Shown here in pieces: positions 31,560-40,360 of a stretch of DNA of 64,000 nucleotides. This DNA is from a virus. Its lineage: Duplodnaviria; Caudoviricetes. The number at the start of each line of letters is the position of its first letter. The first letter of the stretch is position 1. The notes under the pieces were generated by a model. The model was not told the origin of the DNA, did not search any database, and saw only the letters and a program-made list of their open reading frames with translations. Where the stretch lies: the IMG/VR virus record IMGVR_UViG_3300028025_000089; one strand, given 5' to 3'. A program made the position numbers and the translations under genes.

Positions 31560-31909
31560 TAATTTTAATGTGGATTTTAGCGTCATACGGAATGACAACA
31601 ATATTGGTCTATGGGTCAATATTTAATGGATTAAGAAATTGGATACATAGAAATGCAGAACCGAATATCGGGTGGGTAATTTTTACTCCTGTATTTAAAT
31701 TTATTTCAGGGTTGATACAATGTATGTTATGCACATCAACATGGGTTGGGTTTTTTCTTTCTTACGCACTTTATTCACCATGGCACGAAATTATTGGACT
31801 TAATCAATATATTTCCATATTCTTTGATGGAATGTTATCGGCAGGTGCCGTTTGGGCATTGAATGGTATAATAGAGTGGTTTGAAGAAAATAGACCTAAT
31901 AACAATTAA
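31556..31909 (+). CDS. Membrane protein with CxxC (DUF1360-like)
   Basis: Three hydrophobic segments and LIQCMLCTSTWVG. Confidence 0.65.
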   Translation: MIILMWILASYGMTTILVYGSIFNGLRNWIHRNAEPNIGWVIFTPVFKFISGLIQCMLCTSTWVGFFLSYALYSPWHEIIGLNQYISIFFDGMLSAGAVWALNGIIEWFEENRPNNN

Positions 31910-31919
31910 AAATAAATAA

Positions 31920-32072
31920 ATGGAAACAAAAAAAGTTATCGAAGTAAATCTCGGAGTTGGAATGGACCAATTATTTCCAAGACCAATTCAAATCGTAGTT
32001 AATGACGAAGTTGAAGAAACTAATGAAGAAAATAATAATTTAAACACACAAGAAAATGGGGAAGAACGCTAA
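31920..32072 (+). CDS. Small acidic 50-aa protein missing from the ORF track
   Basis: METKKVIEVNLGVGMDQLFPRPIQIVVNDEVEETNEENNNLNTQENGEER; fills the gap and has an A-rich leader. Confidence 0.6.
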   Translation: METKKVIEVNLGVGMDQLFPRPIQIVVNDEVEETNEENNNLNTQENGEER

Positions 32073-32349
32073 AGAACACAAAAAAAGAGTTGCAAAACGT
32101 AACGCAAGATTGGCACAACAAAAATCAGGAATGCAAAAAGCATTTGACATGTTAGTTCAACAACAACTTGCAAAGTTGAAAGAAGATGAATTAAAAGTTC
32201 AAACAAATGGACAAGAAATAAACTATGATGTTGTTCAAGATAAAATTGTCGATACTGCATTTAGTTTCATTCCAAATGATGAAGAGTCATCAAAAATTAA
32301 CAAAGAGTTTGAAGAAACGACAGAGGAACAATCAGAAGTAGAAAACTAA
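32056..32349 (+). CDS. Hypothetical protein with a basic N-terminus
   Basis: ORF in the operon. Confidence 0.65.
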   Translation: MGKNAKEHKKRVAKRNARLAQQKSGMQKAFDMLVQQQLAKLKEDELKVQTNGQEINYDVVQDKIVDTAFSFIPNDEESSKINKEFEETTEEQSEVEN

Positions 32350-32350
32350 A

Positions 32351-34723
32351 ATGGATTTATTTAATCCGCCAAAATTATTCAATTATAATATTATGATAAA
32401 AGATTTGGACTTTTCAAAATTTGAAAATCCCATCATACAAGTTGTTTGGGAAGATTTACCAGAAAACTTTACACAAGATAAAATCAAAAGTGTAAAGCAT
32501 TATTTTTCCAAAAAGTATAATACAACAAACGTTAATGTTTTAACAAAGGCAAAGAACGTTGAAAGTGAAACTATGCAAAGTATTGATGTGTCGGTGAATA
32601 TTACTGACACACAATACCAACTTGATCTTATTACCAATTACCTTAAATCAAAAGGACATGAAGACAAAACTGATGATGTGTTAAACATCAACAGAATGGT
32701 TGAAAATAAAATGTCTGGTGATGAAGAAACTTCGGCACAATTCAAGAAATGGTATATCAGAAATATTGAGTTTTCAAACTTTTTATCATACGGTGAAAAT
32801 CAAAAATTAAATTTTGATGCGTTGAATGGTATCGTGGTGGTTGAATCTGATCCTCCTAATTTTGGTGGTAAAACTGTATTAACGGTGGATCTTTTAATGT
32901 TTTTGTTTTTTAACGAAACAACAAAAACAACAAAGGCCGAAGAAATATTTAACCGATTTTCAAACAAAGACAAAGTTCATGTTAAAGGTGAAATCACAAT
33001 TGATGGTGAAGATTATGTTATTGTTAGAAACATCGAAAGAAAGATGTCCAAAAAAGGTGAATGGAATGTCAAAACCGAATTGGACTTCTTTAAAAAGTTG
33101 TCAGATGGTTCTTTATTAAATTTCACAGGAGAACAAAGAAGGGAAACAGAAGCCTTCATTAAAAACTCAATTGGAACAAAGGAGGACTTTTTAATGACGA
33201 TCCTTACAACAGGATCAAACCTTGAAGATTTATTAGAATCAAAACCAACGGCAAGAGGTCAGGTGTTGTCAAGATTTATGGGTCTTGAGTTTTTGAAAAG
33301 AAAAGAAGAAGTTGCAAAAGAAATCTATTCAGAGTTTTCAAAACAAAAAATGTCAAATTTATATTCTTCAGAACAATTAAAAAATGATATTGAAACACAC
33401 CAAACCTCAATCATAGAATTAAAGAACACAATCGCCGAAAGCAAAAAAAGTTTATCTGAAGTTGATGAGGCAATTGTAAAAGGAAAAACATATCGTGATG
33501 ATATGTTAAAAAGAAAACATACCAACATTGATCAAGAATTAAGTTTATTAAATCCTGATAAAACCAAAGATGAAATAAAAGAAATTGAACGTGAGAAGTC
33601 AGGTTATTTAACAAAAATATCTGAAATCAAAGTCGTTGAACCATCTGAGTTTTACCATGAGGATAAACATGATGAGGTTAAAGAACAATATAACAACGTT
33701 TATAAAGAAGTTATTCAAATTGACACTGAAATCGCATCAATCAACAAACTAAAATCTTCCGTTGAAGGTGGAATCAAATGTGAGCACTGTGGAATTGAGT
33801 TAATGAACGCAGCAATCACAAATTCGAAAATCGCAGAATTAGATGGACTTATCGTGCAAAAAAACACAAAAACAACACTTATGACGGATTTATCCAACAA
33901 AGAACAAAGTTTTGTGAAACTTAAAAAAGAGTTTGATGAATATGAAAAAAATAAGTTGGTTAAAGAGAAATATGAAATTTCGATTGAAAGTTGTGATTTA
34001 AAGATCGGTTCATTAAACGATAAGATTAAACGTTGGGAAGAAATACAAGATAAGATTTCTGAAAACCAAAAGATTGATTCGTTGTTGATTAAAGCTGACG
34101 TTAGATTAGATGAATTGGAACTTCAAAGAAGAACGATCAGTAATTCAATTTTAACAAACGAGGGATCGATTAAATCACTTGATGAAAAGATTGATAACAA
34201 CAAAAAAATGATTGTTAAAATTAAAGAGGAAGAAGAGAAAGAAAAAATCTTTAAGATCTATTTGGAACTTTATGGTAAAAATGGAATTTCAAAAATGATT
34301 ATGAAAACTATGATGCCTTTAATCAATACAGAACTTCAAAGACTTATGGAAGATTCATGTTATTTCAAAATGGAAATAAGAATTAACGACAAAAATGAAG
34401 TTGAGTTTATGATGATTGATAATGGAACTGGGGTTGAAAAACTAATGACATCGGGAAGTGGATATGAGAAGACTTTATCGTCATTAGCGTTAAGAGCGGT
34501 ATTAACAAAAATATGTAGTTTACCAACTCCCAACCTGGTCGTATTAGACGAAGTCTTTGGTAAAATATCTCCTGAGAACTTAGATATGGTTTATGAATTC
34601 TTTGTAAAGATTAAAGATTATTTTGAAAAAGTGTTTGTTATATCGCATAATAGCGCAGTGTCATCATGGGGTGACCATGTGGTGAAAATTAAAAAAGAAA
34701 ATAATTTGTCAAAAGTTTTGTAG
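32351..34723 (+). CDS. SbcC/Rad50/T4 gp46-like ATPase with an N-terminal extension
   Basis: NFLSYG, Walker A GGKT, zinc hook CEHC, signature SGYEK, Walker B VVLDEVFG, ISH; ~130 extra N-terminal residues. Confidence 0.92.
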   Translation: MDLFNPPKLFNYNIMIKDLDFSKFENPIIQVVWEDLPENFTQDKIKSVKHYFSKKYNTTNVNVLTKAKNVESETMQSIDVSVNITDTQYQLDLITNYLKSKGHEDKTDDVLNINRMVENKMSGDEETSAQFKKWYIRNIEFSNFLSYGENQKLNFDALNGIVVVESDPPNFGGKTVLTVDLLMFLFFNETTKTTKAEEIFNRFSNKDKVHVKGEITIDGEDYVIVRNIERKMSKKGEWNVKTELDFFKKLSDGSLLNFTGEQRRETEAFIKNSIGTKEDFLMTILTTGSNLEDLLESKPTARGQVLSRFMGLEFLKRKEEVAKEIYSEFSKQKMSNLYSSEQLKNDIETHQTSIIELKNTIAESKKSLSEVDEAIVKGKTYRDDMLKRKHTNIDQELSLLNPDKTKDEIKEIEREKSGYLTKISEIKVVEPSEFYHEDKHDEVKEQYNNVYKEVIQIDTEIASINKLKSSVEGGIKCEHCGIELMNAAITNSKIAELDGLIVQKNTKTTLMTDLSNKEQSFVKLKKEFDEYEKNKLVKEKYEISIESCDLKIGSLNDKIKRWEEIQDKISENQKIDSLLIKADVRLDELELQRRTISNSILTNEGSIKSLDEKIDNNKKMIVKIKEEEEKEKIFKIYLELYGKNGISKMIMKTMMPLINTELQRLMEDSCYFKMEIRINDKNEVEFMMIDNGTGVEKLMTSGSGYEKTLSSLALRAVLTKICSLPTPNLVVLDEVFGKISPENLDMVYEFFVKIKDYFEKVFVISHNSAVSSWGDHVVKIKKENNLSKVL

Positions 34724-34747
34724 ATTGAAATATTATTGTTAGATTTG
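34717..34747 (+). promoter_or_regulatory. Bacteroidota-type housekeeping promoter (TTTG-N19-TAGATTTG)
   Basis: Matches the -33 TTTG / -7 TAnnTTTG consensus with canonical spacing. Confidence 0.7.
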
Positions 34748-34764
34748 TTATATAAATAAAAAAA

Positions 34765-35367
34765 ATGACTAATAAAAATAAGTATACAATTGACGATGTT
34801 ATTGCAATTTTAGAAAATAAATTCATTAACACTTTAAAACCGGTTGATTATGGTAAGGCAATACAGAGTGCCGCAGAAAGTTATGTGGAGTTGAAAGTAA
34901 ACGAAATTTTAGGTGAAAATTGTATTATTGATGTAACTGAAAATGATGATTTAATTGAAAAATATAATTACGTAAATAATGGGCCTGGTTTTGATAGATT
35001 GGTCACACAAAGTAATACTCGACTACAAATAAAATTTAGACAAGTGGAAGGAGTGCACCCATATAGTCGACAAACACACTTTTCTAATACTAGACGACAT
35101 AGTAAAAAAAATAAAGGAAATGGTGATTCTACAGGTAATATTGCTTATCGTTGTGATGAATTTGATTATGTTTTAGTTGTTCTTTGTCATATAAAAAATA
35201 AAGTAAGAACTACATTTGATAAATGGTGTTTCTCATTAATCCCGACCTGTGAATTGGTTGATGTTAACAATACAGAATATTGTTCTCCAAATATATCGTC
35301 AGATAAACTTTACAAATATAAATTAGATGATATTTATATGTTAACAAAAAAACTAAAATCATTATGA
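34765..35367 (+). CDS. Putative type II restriction endonuclease (PD-(D/E)xK)
   Basis: E..V..PGFD..LQIK arrangement; overlaps (ATGA) a DNA methyltransferase gene. Confidence 0.55.
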   Translation: MTNKNKYTIDDVIAILENKFINTLKPVDYGKAIQSAAESYVELKVNEILGENCIIDVTENDDLIEKYNYVNNGPGFDRLVTQSNTRLQIKFRQVEGVHPYSRQTHFSNTRRHSKKNKGNGDSTGNIAYRCDEFDYVLVVLCHIKNKVRTTFDKWCFSLIPTCELVDVNNTEYCSPNISSDKLYKYKLDDIYMLTKKLKSL

Positions 35368-36287
35368 ACGAATATGTTGTAGGAGATAATTTAAATGAAT
35401 TATGCAAATTAAAAGAAGAAGGTAAAAAAATTAATTTAATTTATTTTGACCCACCATATAACACTGGGAGAGATTTCGATGATTTTGATGATAAATATAA
35501 ATCATATGAATCCTATCGAAATGATTTTATAAAACCAAGATTAGAAATTATGTATGATTTGTTGGTTAGTTCTGGTGTTATAGTTGTTCATGTCGAACCT
35601 TCAGTTTCACACCATATCAGAATAGTATTGGACGAAGTTTTTGGTGAAAAAAATTTTAGAAATGAAATAGTTTGGAAAAGCGGAGGAAATAAAAAATCAA
35701 CAAAAAAATTAATGAGATTTCATGACACCATCATCGTCTATTCAAAATCTTCAAAATATACCTATAACCCACAATATTTACCTTATAATGAGGATTATAA
35801 GAAAAAAAATAATCTTAAAAAAGACGATATAGGTGAATATACCACTAGCGCCGCCCACAACTCACAACCTAATGTTGTACAAAGACCTAATCTAAGATAT
35901 GAATGGAAGGGACACTTCAAGCAATGGTGGTGGTCGATAGAAAAAATGAAAGAATTGGATTCTCAGAAAAGATTGGAATATAATTCTAATGGAATACCAA
36001 GAGTTAAAAAATATCTACATGAAATGGATGGAATACCGGTAAGAGATTTGTGGGTGGATATTAATCAAATACAGGGAAATGAAAAATTAGATTATGCAAC
36101 TCAAAAACCTGTTAAATTACTTGAAAGGATTGTTAAAATGTTTTCTAATGAGAATGATTTGGTTTTAGATCCTTTCGGTGGATCAGGTACGACAGGTAGG
36201 GCTTGTATTAATTTAAACAGAAATTTTATATTATTAGATATAAATGAAAAAGGTAAAAAAATTTTTTTACAATCATTAGAAAAATAG
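35364..36287 (+). CDS. DNA methyltransferase (N6-A/N4-C, beta class)
   Basis: IYFDPPYN near the N-terminus; YATQKP and VLDPFGGSGTT near the C-terminus. Confidence 0.92.
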   Translation: MNEYVVGDNLNELCKLKEEGKKINLIYFDPPYNTGRDFDDFDDKYKSYESYRNDFIKPRLEIMYDLLVSSGVIVVHVEPSVSHHIRIVLDEVFGEKNFRNEIVWKSGGNKKSTKKLMRFHDTIIVYSKSSKYTYNPQYLPYNEDYKKKNNLKKDDIGEYTTSAAHNSQPNVVQRPNLRYEWKGHFKQWWWSIEKMKELDSQKRLEYNSNGIPRVKKYLHEMDGIPVRDLWVDINQIQGNEKLDYATQKPVKLLERIVKMFSNENDLVLDPFGGSGTTGRACINLNRNFILLDINEKGKKIFLQSLEK

Positions 36288-36308
36288 AACAAATCCCAAC
36301 TTTATTCG

Positions 36309-36316
36309 TATATTTG
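36309..36316 (+). promoter_or_regulatory. Bacteroidota -7 element (TATATTTG); -33 box not canonical
   Basis: TAnnTTTG 22 nt upstream of ATG 36339. Confidence 0.5.
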
Positions 36317-36338
36317 TAGAACAATTAAAAACACACAT

Positions 36339-36863
36339 ATGAATTACTTACTTTTTGCATATTACAACGACACAGTAGAAAACACAGAAGAAAAAACACA
36401 AGAAATCGGAACCAAATTAGCAGAACACATGACTAGCGGTCAAGTTAAGTTCATGTATGGTGAAAGACACGCAATTTTCCATTTTGCATACAAAGGAGAT
36501 TTCCAAGACGTGTCAGATGTAATGTTTTTTATTCATGAAGAACTTGAAGGATTTGAATACTTCATCACAAAAAAATCAAAAGATTACTCTTCAAACTTTG
36601 ATGAAGACAACTTAAATCATTTAATGTCGTTAAGAAACACAACACCAAAAAAACGTAAACCAACACCACCAAGATTAAGAACAAAAGATCTAAATGGTGA
36701 AGACACATTTATGGACCTTTCTGATTTATTTTTACATTTCAAAAAACCAAATGTTTGCAATCTAACTCTTGATGAATTACTTGATAAGATTAGCGAACAA
36801 GGTATGGAATCGTTATCTGAAATCGAAAAAGAAAAATTAGAAGAATACTCAAAATCACTTTAA
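36339..36863 (+). CDS. Hypothetical protein with a C-terminal DUF6576-like helical motif
   Basis: LDELLDKISEQGMESLSEIEKEKL resembles the C-terminal motif of Bacteroidota rhomboid-family proteins (recalled). Confidence 0.55.
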   Translation: MNYLLFAYYNDTVENTEEKTQEIGTKLAEHMTSGQVKFMYGERHAIFHFAYKGDFQDVSDVMFFIHEELEGFEYFITKKSKDYSSNFDEDNLNHLMSLRNTTPKKRKPTPPRLRTKDLNGEDTFMDLSDLFLHFKKPNVCNLTLDELLDKISEQGMESLSEIEKEKLEEYSKSL

Positions 36864-36872
36864 AACAAATAT

Positions 36873-37673
36873 ATGAAGGACAAAAACACAGGAGCACCTA
36901 TTAATCAGGAGGAAATTTCGCACTACCTTAAAGACATTCGAAAAATTAAGGTAATGACCGCAGAACGGGAGCGTGAACTGGCTAAAAAAATGAAGTCAGA
37001 AGATACGCCAATGTCCGAAAGACGAAGAATCGAACAAGAGTTAATTGAAGGAAATCTTCGTTTTGTTATTACGGTGGCAAAACAATATCAAAATCAAGGT
37101 CTTGATTTATCAGATCTAATTGCTGAAGGAAATCTTGGTCTTATGAAAGCTATTAAAAACTTTGATTGGAACAAAGATCTTCGATTTATATCTTACGGCG
37201 TTTGGTGGATAAAACAATCTATCATTCAGTCTTTAAATGATAATTCAAGAACCATTCGACTACCAGTCAATGTTGTTCAGGATCTACAAAGAGCGAAAAA
37301 AGAAGTTGAACAATCAGGTAAAAAACTTGAAGACAAGTTTGCATCACTACCTTCAATGGTAGACTTAGATATGAATATCAATGAAGACGGAGATACTTTA
37401 TTGGATATGATTTCAAATAAGGATGCTGAATTACCTGATGCGGTATTTGACACCAAAGACATTTTAAAAGATAAAATGTTAAAACTTCTAAACGTATTGG
37501 ATGATCGTGAAAAGTCGATTGTTGGAGATTACTTTGGTCTAACAGGGACTCCAAGAACATTGGAAGATATCGGATCTGATTTTGGTCTTACAAAGGAGCG
37601 TGTTCGTCAGATCAAAGAAAAGGCTCTACGTAGACTTAGAAATGATTCTTCAGAATTATTCGATTATTTATAA
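36873..37673 (+). CDS. RNA polymerase sigma-70 factor, Bacteroidota RpoD-like (no region 1.1)
   Basis: NLRFVITVAKQYQNQGLDLSDLIAEGNLGLMKA, FISYGVWWIKQSI, RTIRLP, and region 4 TLEDIG..FGLTKERVRQIKEKAL. Confidence 0.95.
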   Translation: MKDKNTGAPINQEEISHYLKDIRKIKVMTAERERELAKKMKSEDTPMSERRRIEQELIEGNLRFVITVAKQYQNQGLDLSDLIAEGNLGLMKAIKNFDWNKDLRFISYGVWWIKQSIIQSLNDNSRTIRLPVNVVQDLQRAKKEVEQSGKKLEDKFASLPSMVDLDMNINEDGDTLLDMISNKDAELPDAVFDTKDILKDKMLKLLNVLDDREKSIVGDYFGLTGTPRTLEDIGSDFGLTKERVRQIKEKALRRLRNDSSELFDYL

Positions 37674-37679
37674 AAAAGT

Positions 37680-37710
37680 TTTGGCGGTTTAAAAAAAACA
37701 ATTATCTTTG
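37680..37710 (+). promoter_or_regulatory. Bacteroidota-type promoter (TTTG-N19-TATCTTTG) with no downstream ORF
   Basis: Canonical spacing; points into a 250-nt non-coding structured region. Confidence 0.75.
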
Positions 37711-37714
37711 TATC

Positions 37715-37963
37715 ACAAACGACGAAAGATATGGTCAATCAAGTTTGTCGGGAAGCTTACTCCTGGGGTCGTAAGTCGTCGTGACACCGCGGTTAGTGTG
37801 TCGGGTTTAAATTCCTCGAATCGGACCGAAAAATGGGTAAAGGTCAGAATGATATCTAACTGACTGGATGAGTAGAAGTGGCTTGGGATTAAAGAGTCTT
37901 AAGTTGATAGGAGAATGGGAAACGATTAAGATACTAAATAACTATCCTACTCAATCCACCCAA
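37715..37963 (+). ncRNA. Unidentified multi-stem structured RNA
   Basis: GC-enriched and ORF-free, with its own promoter. Helices by eye: ACAAAC/GTTTGT, GCTTAC/GTAAGT, GACAC/GTGTC, GGTCAG/CTGACT, TTGGGAT/GTCTTAA, GATAG/CTATC, GGATGAGTAG/CTACTCAATCC, TGGGT/ACCCA. Confidence 0.7.
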
Positions 37964-38373
37964 ATTACAAATTGATTTTTAGAAACCCTAAATGGGTTTG
38001 TTAAACTTTCCCTCCATAAAGTTCCGATATTCATAACCCAATACGATCCTTCTTGATGTTCAGGATATATTGGAAATGCTAACTCCCACTTTAAAGATTT
38101 TACCACAAATGGTTGACCATTTATTATTGATTGATTGATAATACCTTCGGCAATCTGATATTTTACAAAATTCTCAATAAAAAATTTTAGTTCTTTATTT
38201 GAAATTTCCCTTTGATTGTATCCCTCACCCTGTTCAGGTCTTGTTTTTCTTGATGAAGCGTGACTACCTGTAAAGAATTCAAAATTAAATTTGACATCCA
38301 TATTGGTAATAATTTGTGCGATCTTCTTTTCTAATAATAAATGTTTCCTTATTATTTCAGTTATTAGACTCAT
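37951..38373 (-). CDS. Hypothetical late protein
   Basis: TATTTAC motif just upstream; N-terminal leader ending LLLE. Confidence 0.7.
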   Translation of the reverse strand: MSLITEIIRKHLLLEKKIAQIITNMDVKFNFEFFTGSHASSRKTRPEQGEGYNQREISNKELKFFIENFVKYQIAEGIINQSIINGQPFVVKSLKWELAFPIYPEHQEGSYWVMNIGTLWRESLTNPFRVSKNQFVIWVD

Positions 38374-38419
38374 ATATGTAAATATTATGTTTTGATATTT
38401 ATATTATAAAACAAATTAA

Positions 38420-39763
38420 ATGAATAGAAAATTATTACCCTGGTTATTGTTATTTTGTGCGTTAGGTCTTTCGGGAACTGCGGCTTATTATAGTGTTTAT
38501 GGTTTATCCATCATATTTTCAGGAGTTGCAATTCCTGTAATCATAATGGGTAGTTTTTTGGAAGTATCCAAATTATCAATTGCCACTTATCTTCATAATA
38601 GTTGGAAAAACATTTATGGATCGTTAAAGATCTATTTAACTTTTGCAATTGTAATCTTATCGATTCTAACATCTGTTGGTATATATGGACTCTTATCTAC
38701 AGGATTTCAAAAAAGTATTGCAGGACTTGAGATTCAAAACAAAAAAATTGAAAACATCGAAGTAAAAAAGAAAAGGTTCGAACAAATCAAAAAAGAAACT
38801 CAAAAAGAAAAATCCGTTTTAGATAAAGACATAACAAGTCTTAGAATGGCACTTTCAACAAATACCACAACACAATCTGTTGATAGACAAACGGGAATTG
38901 TTATTACTAGAGCAAATAATCAAAATAGAAGATCTTTTGAAACCCAATTAAAAATTGCTCAACAAAACAGAGATACTTTATCAAAAAAAATAGACAACAT
39001 AAATGATAGTATTACAAGTTTGGACACAAAGATCTTGGATATGGCATCAAAAGAAATTGAGTCTGGTGAGTTAGGATCTATTAAATATTTAAGTGAGATC
39101 ACAGGATGGAACATTAAAACAACTGCCAACTTTTTTATTCTAACTTTAATATTCGTATTTGACCCATTGGCAATTGCCCTTGTTATATCCACAAATCAGG
39201 CATTTATTGCATATAGAAGAAAAAAAGAAGAGGAAGAAGAGAATAAACCGGTTATTGAAGAAATTTTTGAAGAGGATGAAATTGAAATACCTGAAAGTTA
39301 TTTAACACATCATACACCCCAAGTTGAACCCGAAGTAATTGAAACAATCGTTGAAGTAGAAAAGATCGTTGAAGTTCCTGTGGATAGAATCGTTGAGGTT
39401 CCTGTAGAGGTAATTAAAGAGGTTGAGAGAATCGTTGAGGTTCCCGTTGATAGATTGGTTGAAGTTGTTCGTGAAGTTCCCGTAGATAGAATTGTTGAGG
39501 TTATTCGTGAGGTTCCTGTTGAGGTGATCAAAGAAGTGGAGAAGATCGTTGAGGTTCCTGTTGAAGTTGAAAAAATAATTCATGTTCCTGTTGAGGTGAT
39601 CAAAGAAGTTGAAAAGATCGTTGAGGTTCCAGTAGATAGAATTGTTGAGGTGATCAAAGAAGTAGAAAAGATTGTTGAGGTTCCCGTTCAAATTGAAGAA
39701 CAAAAAGAGAATAGTGTTGACTCTTCTGAAGAAAATGTTAGAGTTTTATCTTATAAAAAATAA
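38420..39763 (+). CDS. Multi-pass membrane protein with a coiled coil and a C-terminal EKIVEVPV repeat tail
   Basis: About three N-terminal TM segments, a coiled coil, a TM with FVFDPLA, then repeats. Confidence 0.8.
   Translation: MNRKLLPWLLLFCALGLSGTAAYYSVYGLSIIFSGVAIPVIIMGSFLEVSKLSIATYLHNSWKNIYGSLKIYLTFAIVILSILTSVGIYGLLSTGFQKSIAGLEIQNKKIENIEVKKKRFEQIKKETQKEKSVLDKDITSLRMALSTNTTTQSVDRQTGIVITRANNQNRRSFETQLKIAQQNRDTLSKKIDNINDSITSLDTKILDMASKEIESGELGSIKYLSEITGWNIKTTANFFILTLIFVFDPLAIALVISTNQAFIAYRRKKEEEEENKPVIEEIFEEDEIEIPESYLTHHTPQVEPEVIETIVEVEKIVEVPVDRIVEVPVEVIKEVERIVEVPVDRLVEVVREVPVDRIVEVIREVPVEVIKEVEKIVEVPVEVEKIIHVPVEVIKEVEKIVEVPVDRIVEVIKEVEKIVEVPVQIEEQKENSVDSSEENVRVLSYKK
39325..39695 (+). 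repeat. EKIVEVPV / DRIVEV / EVIKEV coding repeats
   Basis: Nine VPV units; DNA words such as aaagaagttgaaaagatcgttgaggttcc are shared with the 30.9 kb tract. Confidence 0.9.
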
Positions 39764-39766
39764 AAT

Positions 39767-40360
39767 ATGGACATTATTGAATCAAAATTTGATGTTGACT
39801 ATTCACACGTAGACAAAAAAACACAAATAATTTTGATTCATACCTCAAGACCATTGATTGATTTCATGGTGTCATTAAAACATCGTTTTTTAGGTAAACC
39901 ACCAAGATTACCGCATTATTTAATATCAAGAGATGGGAAAATACTTCAAACTCTTGATGACAATATGGATAGTAATTATTTCAATAGTGTTACAATTAAC
40001 TACAAATCTATCGTCATTAGTTTAGAAAATTTAGGTTGGTTAGAAAAAGTTCCTTTAAGAAAGTATCACATTAATTGGATTGGCAATATTTATAAAGACA
40101 AAGTGGTGGAGAAAAAGTGGAGGGATAATTATTTTTGGCAACCTTATACTGAAGTTCAATATGAAAAAGCAGCTGAACTTTGTATAGAATTGTCAAAAAA
40201 ACATAACATAAATTTAAATTTTGTTGGACATAATACAAAAATAAAAGGGATTGAAACTTTTATGGGTATTATAACAAGAGCAAATTTTGATTCAAAAGCA
40301 ACGGATTTAAGTCCGGCATTTGACTTTGAAAAGTTTAATAAATTATTGAAAAATGAATAA
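39767..40360 (+). CDS. N-acetylmuramoyl-L-alanine amidase (Amidase_2), probable endolysin
   Basis: IILIHT, PHYLISRDGKI, SIVISLEN, VGHN and TDLSP. Confidence 0.8.
   Translation: MDIIESKFDVDYSHVDKKTQIILIHTSRPLIDFMVSLKHRFLGKPPRLPHYLISRDGKILQTLDDNMDSNYFNSVTINYKSIVISLENLGWLEKVPLRKYHINWIGNIYKDKVVEKKWRDNYFWQPYTEVQYEKAAELCIELSKKHNINLNFVGHNTKIKGIETFMGIITRANFDSKATDLSPAFDFEKFNKLLKNE

Noticed and set aside
2-34723. Inteins or self-splicing introns in nrdA, primase or sbcC
   Set aside because: Visible motif spacing is normal, with no C/S..HN intein ends or interrupted frames; the 5' part of nrdA is outside the window.
37765-37963. tmRNA (GGGG.. start and ..TCCACC end) or hammerhead (CTG.ATGAG..GAAAC) reading of the structured RNA
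   Set aside because: Too short, with no T-loop, acceptor stem or tag ORF for tmRNA; the CUGANGA core is interrupted and stem geometry does not fit a hammerhead.
22574-39695. CRISPR array or DGR template/variable repeats
   Set aside because: All repeats are in-frame low-complexity coding repeats without unique spacers; no reverse transcriptase and no adenine-specific mismatch pattern.
30656-39703. Minus-strand ORFs 30656..31009, 30777..31139, 39302..39703 and 39310..39531
   Set aside because: Antisense shadows of the EKIVEVPV repeats, lying entirely within well-supported genes.
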